Notes under the pieces: model-generated | Seen by the model: the letters and a program-made list of their open reading frames with translations, nothing else | The model's database searches: none | Told to the model about the DNA's origin: nothing | Origin: Paramecium tetraurelia | Lineage: Eukaryota | Direction of reading: 5' to 3' | DNA: 64,000 nt | Assembly: GCA_000165425.1 (NCBI GenBank) | Contig: CT868024.1 | Coordinates: 186,001 to 250,000 of the forward strand | Shown here: piece by piece, positions 41,284 through 53,847 of the stretch | How positions within the stretch are numbered: position 1 is the stretch's first letter | Layout of the letters: each line of letters begins with the position of its first letter | Translations under genes and position numbers: made by a program

Positions 41284-42645
41284 TCATTCTTATTCAATTT
41301 AATTAGGTGGAACAGTAAAATATTTAATCTTTCCTTGGTTCCAATCCTACAACACAATTCTAGCTGCACAATCTAAATCTGGAATGCCTCCTTTCTGCAA
41401 CTTCCCTCTAGCCAAAGCTACCTAACACAAGAACTCGTTCAAATTGTTGAATGTTTGAATTTTGTACAGTAAGAGTAACTCATTCTTAGAAACCTTTTTC
41501 AAAATTTCTCCAATTGGCTCCCTTGGATCCTCAATTTACTCAATCTACGAATAATATAAATTGGATGATACCTTGATGATATTCCTTAACAAAGTGCTCT
41601 CCTTATTCTCAGAATCAAAGACTACTCCTGGACAATCAATGATCTTCACCTAACTGTCAATAACCACTTCTTAAAGACCCTTTGTGAATCCTGGAGTAGA
41701 AGACACAGCACAAGCCTTGCTCCTCTTGAGACTGTTGATGACTGAACTCTTTCCAACATTGGGATATCCAATAACACCAACAGTCACACTGCTCTTAACT
41801 CCATCATTTTTTGAGTAATTCTTTATCAATTCCAATAGCTTGTCAGCTCCTATGGCTTTAGAGGATGAAGTCAAATCATCAGCCAAATCCTGTCTCTGAG
41901 ATAGGGTTTTCTTGTAAATGGAGGCTGATGATAAGTTGGATTATTATTATTAGGTATTGGCTTTGAAGAGAACAGTAGCAAATTCTCTTTCGCAAATGAG
42001 CCAACCATGCATCTGCATTGCCTGGAGGAACTAAATCGATTTTGTTCAACACCAATATTATCTTTTTATCTCCTGGCATACCGAGGATTTCTCTCTCCAA
42101 ATGCTTGCATCTACATGCCAATGGATCTCTGGCATCCAAGATTATCAACAATATATCAGCAGCCTTAAATTTAAATTGATTAAATTTACCTCTGCTACTT
42201 TCTTCACTTGGGTAATATATTTCTTATGCTCTTTGGTTAATTAAGTCAAATTCTCTTATTTGATTTATTCTTCTTCAACAACCACCTGAGCCTTTGTCTC
42301 ATATAGATTTGATTTGACTTCAGCCAAATTAAGATCGAGTTCCTCTTTTTATTATAATTTTTATATCTTTTTCTCCTGCTCCTCTTAATCCTTCTTCCTT
42401 TTCAGGGTCTCAATAACATTCTTCTTAAATGGATACATATTGGGGATTCCTATCTCTTTGGACGAAGCTACAATGTTATTAAGATTGAAAATACTTTTCT
42501 TAATTTATCCCAAGGCACTCATCTTTCTGGCTTCCTTTTTGAGCTTTTTGTGATGCTATTTAACCTTCTTCTCTATTTTGTATTTCTTATTCAATGCCAA
42601 TCTCTTACTTGTACGACCCTTAGGTTTGTTTGTAAACTTAGCCAT
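41284..42645 (-). CDS. NUG1: Nucleostemin/GNL3-like circularly permuted nucleolar GTPase
   Basis: SKRLALNKKYKIEKKVKQHHKKLKKEARK, IGIPNMYPFK, ILDARDPLACR, LVLNKIDLVP, VGVIGYPNVGKSSVINSLKR, IIDCPGV, DWNQGKIKYFTVPP; +1 indel near 41989. Confidence 0.93.
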
Positions 42646-42676
42646 TTATTAAAAATATTTTAATTTTTATATTATC

Positions 42677-44581
42677 TCAAACACCTGTTGCATACATCTT
42701 CACAATATCAAGTAATTCGTTTGGTACCTCACATTCACTGGCTATAAACTACGCTATGTTGGCAATACTCTATTTTTTATATCAATATGATTCTATACAT
42801 GTATGTCAATCAATTTGCTCAAGTACAACAACAAATGGAAATCTGCAAATCTGTGATGACTCGGTTTCTTTTAGTGTTTGTGTAAGAATGTCTTCAAGTC
42901 TTACTATTTAGCTACTACAGATCTGTTCTCCACTGGGAAATCGTACAACTTTAGAATACTATAATTTGAATTCGGATTGTATCCATGAGCAACCTTTATA
43001 AACATTCAAGTTTAATATTACATTCACAATAAAGAAGTCAGGCTCAAACTCTTTGACTGATTTTCCATTGTACACAAAAGAGGGCAAGACATCCAATTCG
43101 TTTTTAGCCTCTCTAACTTACAACACCTTTCTTCTTTCAGAATTCTAGAATATCCCATCTTGCTCCAATTGTTATCCCTAGTCAGAAACCATATAAACCT
43201 CTGGAACCACCTCATCAGGGTTGTCCTTCTTGGCTGAAAATGATATGGCTATTATTTTTACTTCTCAGCACAACTGTCAAGAACTTGCTCACCAAACAAC
43301 CCTCAGGATGTTAAATAGAATGCATTTGTTAGTATCGTGCTGCCTATCTCAATTCTTCACTCGATAGAAAACAATCATGATTGACATTTGTAAAAATCCA
43401 ACCTATTTTCTCCATTCCCAAGTTAGTTGCTATTTCATCAGCATGAGTTTAAGCAGGATCTTACAACAAATCAACATGACCAAATGTTCCTTTTTGAGGA
43501 GGTTCATATATAGCTTCGACTATGGCTCTGACACCGTTTTGATAATTAGGGTCTGCAGCGTAATATCCGTATAAGAATCCCATTCTCTATTCTGTTTTTC
43601 CTTTGCTAGTCCAATATTGCACTAAATTCGACATTTCTGGGATGTTCAGGAACTCAACATAATCAACATGTCTGTAAATTTGTCTCTTTAACAAGATGGA
43701 TGGTGGAAGACAGTTATTGCACATGGCCTTAGGATACGGAGCATGATTTTTGCAATCTTTCTTGAGTTTATAAGATATCTAGGATTAAGGTGGAATGGGA
43801 TTACCATAGTTGGGGGAAGACAGTTGTTACATCTCCCATTGTCTGGGTGTTATCCACGACATTTGAATTTCATATCATGCAAATATTGATCAAATGAAAG
43901 ATGTTTGGCCTCTATTTGTCCCTCGTCTATGCAATGTGGACACTTTCCATTGGGCCCATGTTGACAGAGGATCTTATTGGCTGTTTTAGTATTCTTCTTC
44001 TCCTATTCATAAGGTGCACAATTCAAACAACGACCCCCCTCTCCGTGCTTGCATTTATTAATCTCTGTTTTCTCCTGCTGTTCTACCTTGGTTGATGTTG
44101 TAGATAAACAGTTAATACATTTTGCTTGTGGACCATGTTGGCAAAATTAACTCAATGCACTAGGATTGTAATATGAATTCAATACTGGTCTTTGTTTTCG
44201 TGGATTTTATGGTCAACCTGTTAAATCTATTAAGGATTTGCTTCTTTTCCAAATGCCATATACACTTTTGGTTGTTCAGGAGTTTAAATTTGTTATGGTT
44301 TTTATTGAACTTTCTTTTGGTCAACGGAGACATTGATGAAGGCTCCATTCCTATTTATTTGTTATTATTTATTACTCAAATTTGGAAATGTTTTTGATTG
44401 GCGTAGTGGGAGATATTCTCAAAGTTAACACCACTCCATCTAAAGATAATGTTAATGATTCAGGAGGTTTATTCAAAATTTGACTAATTTTGTTTACAAA
44501 TTCTTAAAATGTTTGAGTAGAAAGAATAGAGACTCTATTCATTCCAACCTCCGACCTTATCATAACTATAATCTCTGACAT
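42677..44581 (-). CDS. NPL4: Nuclear protein localization 4 (Cdc48/p97 cofactor)
   Basis: N-terminal UBL-like MSEIIVMIRSEVGMNRVSI; CKNHAPYPKAMCNNCLPPSILLKRQIYRHVDYVEF; QRMGFLYGYY...GVRAIVEAIYEPPQ; tiny introns. Confidence 0.92.
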
Positions 44582-44702
44582 TTAAACCTTATTAAATTTA
44601 TTAATTGAAATTCAATTTCACATTAGTATTACAATATATGAATGAGAATACTTTCCTTCGATAATTTGTATAATTATGATTAAAAATAACAAAAACTAAT
44701 AT

Positions 44703-47700
44703 TCATAACTTATCGAGTAACTATTGTGTTTATTTCAAAGGAGTCCAACTCATATCCCTGTTGATAATTTTTGTATAGATGTGGGTTTCAATTCCATTCA
44801 TATTCTGTTTCCCAACCTATAGCAGATGCACTATGAAAGCGATGTAATTTGAAAGACTATGAACTTCATCCACATGCTCATGGAATTGCAAACCCTACTT
44901 CTCGAACTCCCATCTAGAAAACTATACTTAAGATCTGATACCTCTCTAATGAACAAATGACGCAAACATTGTTTCTGTCATACTCGTTTTGTTACTACTT
45001 ATCTCTCAGTTCCGCAAATGTGTCTATTATGATACCATTGATGATGTTGATCATAATGAGAGTTACAATTATGAAAAAACTAAAATCAAAGAGAAATCGT
45101 GGGTAATAATCAGATGACTTGTGATAACTTTCAATATCCCCATGTGCTGCTAATCCAGATCCTTCTCTCAACCCAAAATACACCAAACTTATAAAGCAAT
45201 GAGCAGGAGTATCACAGAGCAATTCCTCTTCATGAATATCGTCTTCTGGATGCACTATTACATCCAATTAAAAACTAGTTGCAAATCTCCTGAATCCTAT
45301 GTAACTGTACGCATTCAAAATAATGAGCAAAACACTGAAAATTCCCAAGAATTACTACCATCTCAATCGCAATGCCTCCAATACTGAGGACATTGTCTAA
45401 GAGATGTAAATAAAACAAAAGCTTTGCAGGTAAAAACAGAAGGGTTCAAAGGTTCCTAAAACGCTCAGGACAAAATGCAAGAAAAATTAGAAAATGTCTC
45501 TCCTCTACAATATCTTGAACATGATAACAAATGTGTTGTAGAATGTGTGCTTAACCTCCTTGCAGCTGATTTGATAATAGATACTCATTCTGAAAAACAA
45601 TTGGCAAATCAAAGCCAAAAGTGACATGAATATCAACAGTATTTGACAGAGTGTCAATGCCAAAGAATGAGACTCTTGGTACTTCATTGAAATGCGATTC
45701 TCCTCATTTTCTATTTTCATAAAAGCTGTATTCGATATCAAAAGGAGTACTATGATATTCAAGGCAGTAATCGACGTAGCCAATTGGGTGTGATTGAAAC
45801 TAAGTTTAAATAAGGGGATAGTTACTTGGGTGATATGGCAACACTGATTAATCTTTGGAAGAATAAGGATTTTCTATATTTGGACATGTTTTCTTTCATC
45901 TCAGTCATGAATTGAGGGATGGAGTCAAATATGGATGCCAACTTAGATGCTGGATTTGATCTGTCAATGGTTTCTATCAAGAATTGTAATTTGGTTTCCT
46001 CAGATAAGAAAAAGCACATTGGAGGTTTGAGAAAATGGAAAATCTCAATCTAGTCCTTCTGATTCACATATTCGATAGATCCAACTATATTAAATATAAA
46101 CTAAAAGGCTGACTTTACCAGATGATCTCCTTCTCTTTTGAATAATTGTGGTTGTCCTTATTAGCATTACTACTTTTGATCCTTTAAGTATTGACATATT
46201 TCAAGACTGCTGGTAGCATACAAATTCAACATCTTGTAGATTTAATAAAGTATCTTGATAAGCATCTTGGAATCGAAAATCAATGACTCGTTAATATTGT
46301 CTCCTAATTCTCTTCTATACTTCTCAGTCAATTGACTGTCAATTGTAGATAAATCCTTCAGGTCTAATTTATTAAATATTATCAACGCTCTATACGTCTA
46401 TGTGAGGGTTTCTTCTAATAGTTTGTGATTGATGAGATTCATTATGTATTGGAAGTCATCTGGATTTCTCTCAGGATCTTCAAGCAATGACAAAATCAAT
46501 TGAAATATATAAAGTCGAAGTGTGTACACACTATTCTATTGGTTCTCATTTGTCCTTACAGTTAAGATTTGGATGATGACTTGCCAAACCCTATTTTTAC
46601 TTAATTCATTAAAGGTTAATTTTTAATTGTTTTATTACGAGCCTTAGTTGAATTCAGCAATAGTTATGATTGTATGAGCGAACAATTTAAGGAAGGCCTA
46701 GGATACATCAATTCCATACTAATCCCCTTGAGTACTGTGAATCCCAAATTGCATAAACTCATTCTAAGTACTTGTTTGCTTCTGACTGTTCTTCCTTTTT
46801 TGCAAGAATTTCAGTAGGTAATCAGTAGTACTACTATTCTTCTTCTTCAGTTGCATAGTTCTTACATTGTGAACTGCTTTTTAAAAGCTAGCCTTGGTTT
46901 GTGATTTAATTTTGTTTTGATTGTTAGTCTCCCTTACTATTTCCAAAATCTATTTCGACTTAAATAAATCAACTAATAATTTGAGAATGCACAGCAACAG
47001 GCCTGATTCTCCCACATAATTCTGCATTTCTTAATTTTGACCCTCTGCCAAATATCTTATGAATTCAAGGACAATTATTGAATATTTACCACTGTTGATT
47101 ACTATTGACAAATAAGGCTAATCTTGATATACGATAACCTTTTTAAATAAAAATGGAATGATTTTGGTTGATAAGTATTGCAGGAAACTGTCAAAGTTCT
47201 TTTAAAAATTTGGATATTTTGGATCTTGTTTTTGAATATTGGTGTTGATTATCTATTGTACTGGTTTCGTTTCTGCTTGTATTAATCTCTACAATTATAC
47301 TATATAATTGATATGAGACATAAAAATTGTATTTGGATATTCCAAATTGCGATTTCTCTAAAACTAAGTCTATTATTATAGCAATTCAATTAAGACATTT
47401 ATGAATATTAGACTGTATTACTCTTTACTCCTATTGCGATATTCCTTTTTAATCAATTGCACTATTGCATTCTACTCCAATATATCGTTGTCTAATTCAA
47501 TCCGCTTCAGTTTAAATTTCAATAACACCTTATTCAAAGCCTAGAAAACACTCTTGTCTTTGAATCTAACAATATCATCGATTGCCTTCTATGAAATTGC
47601 AACGCTTAAGTTGTTCTCCTTAATCAAAAATATCTCTGGTGGACTTGAGTTGTCATGCTTATTGGATAAGGAGTAGTTCACAAGAGTCTTGAATTTCTCC

Positions 47701-50700
47701 ATCACTTATACCAACTCTTCGAATCCTCCCAAGGGACCCTGAAACAATTTCAATTACTTCAATTATTGACTAAAGTATTAGTGGATCTATTCTATTTTCT
47801 CTATTATCGATGCTTATTCTAAGAGATCCTAAGTCTCCAACAATTGGTTTCTGTTGAAATAATCAATAATCAGATTCATAAATCGAATAAAGGTATGTGT
47901 CAACAATACTGTTGCTATTGCTAACCCTTCTTGACTGCCTAAGTCCTTTTGCATTTAGAATATTTCATTCAATTATTTCATGGTGAAGGATTGCTGAAAT
48001 ATAAGCGATTAGTTTAATGAGTTAATTGAAAAAAAGGACATTTGTGATAATTAATTCTAGGGACTACCTTAATTATTTGAAATTCCATTCTAAATTAGTT
48101 CCAAAGAAGTAGTAAATGACATAAACGAATATCTATTCTAATTTTGATTGATGAACACATCATAGGATGAGGAATCGGGAGTATATTGATTCCCTTTTGT
48201 GAAGATGTCAGTCGAATGATTAAGCACCTGAGGCAATATTTTGTTGTATAGATTCTCACATATTTAATGGAATTGTAGATAATCGTGATTCATTTCGTTT
48301 GATATTATGATCAACTCCAAGATTGCAATGAGCAATTCGAATATTTAATGCTTATTATACAATATGCTAGATGCATGCTTTTAAGTTAACTCTGAGCAAT
48401 CATCATATTGAGTATCCAACATTTCATTCAAATTAATGAGATGCTGCAATAAGAATTAGGGATTTAAGAAGCAATATTAATAGACATTAATAAACCCACT
48501 TTTTAGTATTACATCAAAGTGAAATTTGATTATGATGTTCCTGAGAGTGCATTAACCATAATAAGGTAGTTCCTTTTCTGCAATTCTTTAAAATATTTAA
48601 TAATTTTCTACTGTATATATCTAATTTATCAATTATTGATTGAAATTGATCATCCGGTTTAGTATTTCAAACATCAAAGTTGTAATATTAATTATTATTT
48701 CTAATTGAGCCAACTTAACGAATTAATTTTATATAAGGAACTAACAATATCGTATGATGATTTAATCTAAGCCCTTCTCATAAAGTACTTGTTGAGTCTA
48801 TTTTATGATTTTCATATCCGATTTCAAATGTTGCTTTAATTCCTCCTGCAGATTCTTTGCTGATTGACTAGGTTAAATTGTATAACTACTTTTTTTTTTT
48901 TTGATTTTCACAGATTTTCTCTTGATTAGCCTCAAACTTCTCTAATTCCCTAAAATACTTTGTGTTAAGAAGTTCTTTACATAATTTCAATAGCCTTTCT
49001 AGATCCCCTTCTTCAATTTCAAATGAGATTTCAACTGAATTTAGAAAGTACTTATTCCATTCAGCCTTAAAGTTTTCAACTTGACTTATAAACTTATGTA
49101 AATAATAATGCTTACATCCTAATTTAATATGGTCAGCCTTTCGTATTTCCATAGCAACAGATCTTCAATCTACAATTACATAATCTAAGTCCTCAAAGTT
49201 GTGTCAACAAAAAGATTTTCTCTCAACATTATTTAAATGATATGATTCAATTTGGATTGCGGATTCATCATCTAATTATAATACTATCCATTCAAATTAT
49301 AGTTTATGACTATGTTAATAAAGACTCTCCATATGATTTAGAGCTTCTCTGATTCCCCACTGTAAAATAAATCTATTTGCAAATTCTTTTTCTTCTTCTC
49401 AAAATAGAAAGACGCAGTGTATTTATCAATTAATGAAATCTATCTCTTCTCATTCCTGTTAATCTACTCATTCAGAATCTCATAAAATAAATCGTCCTTC
49501 ATTTGAAAATATGTCAATATCAATATCTTACTCAAGAGGTTGAACATCTACTCTGTGAAGAACCTTTGAATCTACCCAAAGTTCTTCTATTGGTTATAAT
49601 AGTCAATGTCTTTGCATAGTTTCTCCAAATTGAGGATCACCTTAAACACTACTTGAGTCTTAATCAATAGCCCCGTTTACAATCCCATTTTCACACATTT
49701 CAACAAGACTATCAACAATTTTGAGAGGATTGGGTTGGTGATTTCAATATCAAATAAGATTCTATAGTATCTCTTAATCAATTCAGTCAATTCCACTTGC
49801 AAAATTCCATTATCCAAACATTGATTATACTTCCTGATTTAGCTCCGCTGTATTGGAGTGCTATTCTCGATGTCCAAGGTGTCAATTTTTCTAAATTTAG
49901 AGAATTCATATTTAAGTTGTATGGATTGTATTTTCAAAATCTTCAAGACCAGCTGAGAGAGTTTCTCTTTGGCTGATTCTTATAAATTTTATGATAATAT
50001 GTGATATTAACCTAAACATAGTTAGAGATTGATTACTCACTAAGAATTTAATCTAACTTGACGTCATGCATTGCCACATCTTATCATCAAGGTATGTTAG
50101 ATTGTACTTTAATTTTATAAGTAGTTATTCTATAAACACATGGATGGATGCAATTTCAGTATACGGGAATCTCTTCTCTGTGAAAAGTTCTAAGATTTTT
50201 TCATTCAAATTTTATTCATCCTATTAAACATCTATTCTAATAACCATAAGCAATAATGTATTACAGTTTTTAAGACCAGATGCATGTTTAATTGAAGTCT
50301 CCTGTCTCCAGTTCATTGAAAATATTTTCAAATGTATTTTTCAATTCTCCAAAGAGGAGTTCGAAAAGATCAAAATTATTTAACAATGCGTTAATAATTT
50401 TTATCATGACCAACTCATCTTCAGGCTTGTATTTAAGCGTCTTTGTGATGTTGTACTTCTTTAATTATTCATTGTAATGCACTCTGAGTTAGTATTTGGA
50501 ATGCAATTAATCGCACTTACAATCTTCCCCAGGGATATATTTATGAGTATGCTTGCAATTTTTAATACAGAATGAACAAAGATTAGTCTTACAAGTAGGG
50601 CAATTTGAAATAGGACAAAAGGTTTGAGAATTCAATGGACAGGGTTGAACAACTAGTTATTTTTGTTTATGCTTGAACAGTCCGCATTCACACTTAAAAT

Positions 50701-50920
50701 TCCCCCTGAGTTTTAGTAATTTTGCTTGTTAGTGATATACATTCCTAGTTTTCTTATGACAATGCTCAAAACAGTATTTACAAATCCCATGAGGATAATC
50801 AAAGCATTATCCGCATTAATACATTTCCTATATTATCATTTTATTAGTTTGTAAACTACAGTCCTAAGACTTGAATGTTTGGTTAAATTCAGGTATTTGT
50901 GATCTTCTACTATTCAACAT
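44703..50920 (-). CDS. IP3 receptor/ryanodine receptor-type Ca2+-release channel (CRC) with N-terminal UBR-like zinc finger
   Basis: RIH-associated-like LEFIRYLAEGQNQEMQNY; TM region; pore CDTPAHCFISLVYFGLREGSGL...RFLFDFSFFIIVTLIMINIINGIIIDTFAELRD, then CVICSLER...HVDEVHSLSNYIAFIVHL; probable indels near 48890 and 47300. Confidence 0.88.
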
Positions 50921-51052
50921 TAATAAATATTATATAATGTAAATTTTAAATTTTAATTCCATTCTGCCGAAATCACTCCTATCTAATTATTATAGATAAA
51001 CCTTATTAGTTTAATAAATCAATTAAGTTTGGTATATATTCATAAATTAATA

Positions 51053-51999
51053 TCATTTATTTGACCACTCTATTCCATTCTCACCGATTTAATAGAGAAT
51101 TGATTTATCAAATGGCAATCTGTCATTCAGTGATTTATGAATCTTCATGATTTTTGATTATTTCGTAGAAATCAAATGGATGATAGTACTAGCGAAAGTG
51201 TTGATATATTAATCATATTTAGTTGCTTGTATGTACTGCAATTAATCCTAGACTGATCTGATTGAGATTACAAAAGTGTTTTGTTAAGACTCAGTCAATT
51301 CATGAAAATATCTCATTAGTTCATTAATGATATGGTAGAAATTATAGATTTCTATTTCACTTTCGTAATACAAGGTCATTAATCCATCAATAAAAATAAT
51401 AGTCTTACTAGGTATGTTCTTGATTAGTTACTCGAAGTCTTTGAGACAATCAACAGCCTTATATTAAATTCTGCTTAATATATCAAGGGTTGCTGCCTCA
51501 GAATTCGAACTTTTAATCATTTTGTATATTCTTTAAGCTGACAAGGTACATGAACAATCATAATATATCACATTCGAATTGCTAATCTAATTAGAGAAAT
51601 AGTTTTCAATGGCTGAAAACATCATGGAAGTTTTGCCACTTCCAATATCACCTAGAATAAGCGAGATATTATTAAGTGGTAGACATTCATACTCACCTAG
51701 GACTAAATATTAGTATAATTTTGGTTGCGGATTTTAGTGTAGTTGATTCAGAATGTTCTATTCCATTTCCCTTATTGTGGCTATTTCTGAATCTATTTCA
51801 TTGAACAGTGCATCAACATCATTTGGTAACATTTTCTGCGAAATGAGTTTTTCATAGAACTTCTATCTTTTTTACTTCAAGAAATCCAAGACACTTACAA
51901 CTCCATTCCCTTTGAATCTCTGCAAGACAGCTTTTCTATTCCCCCCAAGCAAAACACTTATCTAATTTATTTTAGATTGCTTACAGGAAAGTAATTCAT
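51053..51999 (-). CDS. RecA/RAD51-paralog family ATPase (RAD51D/XRCC2-like)
   Basis: Walker A ISLILGDIGSGKTSM, VIYYDCSCTLSAQRI, Walker B IIFIDGLMTLY, C-terminal YQIGENGI; 23-nt intron at 51962-51984. Confidence 0.75.
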
Positions 52000-52018
52000 T
52001 TTAATTATTTTTATATTT

Positions 52019-52027
52019 ATTCCCGCC
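52019..52027 (+). promoter_or_regulatory. E2F-like site (ATTCCCGCC) in a 35-bp bidirectional promoter
   Basis: Only GC-rich word in the spacer 52000-52034 between the divergent ATGs of the RAD51 paralog and PARP; fits the WTTSSCGC consensus. Confidence 0.45.
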
Positions 52028-52034
52028 ATTTAAT

Positions 52035-53807
52035 ATGACATTCTAATCTAGTCTCCCTGAGATTGATATAATACCAGAGGGTGAAAACAAGGATCAATCC
52101 TACCTTTAATAATTATTGCATAACAGGACTCCCAATCCCAAAGCTTAAGAATAACAAGAAATGCTCATTGAGGAACAATCGCCCCCTGTTAGGAGGAAGT
52201 TGTTTTAAGAGAGAAAACTGTATAAAGGTGAAAGTGACATCGAAGAGGAAGTCGAAGAAATCAAGCAAATGGCAAAAGTAAAATCGGATAATCGATCGGC
52301 ATTGCCAGGATATTAGGTTCATAAAGATTACACAGTGATGCTCAATTTGACAGATATTTCTTATGGAGTCAAGGGTCACAACAAGTTCTATTAGATATAG
52401 GTCTTGAAGAAGGATGGTGACTACTTTCTATTCACTAAATGGGGAAGAGTAAATATCATTATACAACAATTTAGACTGGCGCATCGAATCCATAGTAAGA
52501 AATCAAAGAAAGCGATCTGGTCACAGCTATAAAAGGGTTTGAGAAGAAATTCCGAGATAAAACCCATTGGGATTGGAGAGAGAGAACTGAATTCAAATAA
52601 TAACCAGGGAAATATTGCATAGTCGATGTTTTGGGAGGAGGAGGAGGTTCTGTGAATAGTGAAATAGAGAAGTTGAATTAAAGAAATGGAAGAATTGCAG
52701 CCAGGATCAAGAACTTACCTTCCACTCTAGATCCTCCAATATTTGAATTGATGAGTGAAATTTGGGATATTCAAAGGATGAACAAAACTCTTAAAGAATT
52801 GAACTTTGATACTGATAAGAATCCATTGGGTCGTTTGTCTGTGGAGGCCATCAAGAAAGGGTTCAAAATACTCAATGAAATTCAATAAGCCCTAAGAGAC
52901 TTCAAATATAGTTTATTGGTTGATCTTACTAACGAGTTCTATACAAATATCCCTTAAAACTATGGCATGAAATTACCACCTAAGATTGATAATTATGAAA
53001 TCTTAGGCTAAAAGAACTAATTATTGACTGTGCTATAAGAATTAGAATTGGCTAATCGATACATCAACAGTACTTTGGCTGAGAACAGTGACGTCAATCC
53101 TCTAGATTAATTTTACAGACTATTAAAAACGAATATTAGAGAGTGTTAAGATTTCGATGTCATTTCTAAAATTGAACATTCTATCAATGTATCGCATGGT
53201 CCAACTCATGAGAAATTTAAATTGTAAGTAGCAAAAGTCTATGAAGTTGAAAGAAAAAACGAAAAAATTAGATTCTTTCCATTCAAAGCCTTAGAAAATA
53301 GAAAACTATTGTGGCATGGATCAAGAATCACAAATTTTGTAGGAATATTATCAGAAGGATTAAAAATAGCACCTCCAGAAGCCCCAAGTACTGGTTATAT
53401 GTTTGGAAAAGGAGTTTATTTTGCTGATATTTGCTCCAAATCAGCTGGCTATTGTGTTGCCAACATTGATCATCCTTATGGATATGTGTTATTATGCGAG
53501 GTTGCTCTGGGCAACACCTATTAAATTTATAAAGCTAAGGATCATGTTAGACCCCCTCAAAATTACCATAGCATACATGCAGTAGGCAGAAATCATGCAG
53601 ATCCTAAAACCAGAGAGAAGATTAAGTATATATATTTGAAGATTAATTATAAATAGTAACCTAGATTTTGAGTCTGGAAAAGTCATCCCAAATGAAGAAT
53701 TAAAGATCCACAACATTGAATCAAGTCTAATTTACAATGAATATGTGGTTTATGATGTTGCTTAAGTGCAAATTCACTATCTAATAAAACTTAAATTTAT
53801 ATTTTGA
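52035..53807 (+). CDS. PARP: Poly(ADP-ribose) polymerase, PARP2/3-like architecture (WGR + regulatory + catalytic)
   Basis: HNKFYQIQVL...[84 protein letters not shown] (H-Y-E triad intact). Confidence 0.95.
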
Positions 53808-53847
53808 ATTTGAAGTTATTTATAATATAAATATCTCATTAAATATT

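Noticed and set aside
48884..48903. Euplotes-style programmed +1 frameshift at the A-run in the channel gene (and at the dynein indels)
   Set aside because: TAA/TAG are sense codons here, the sites share no AAA-TAR motif, and homopolymer or clustered indels are better explained by sequencing error
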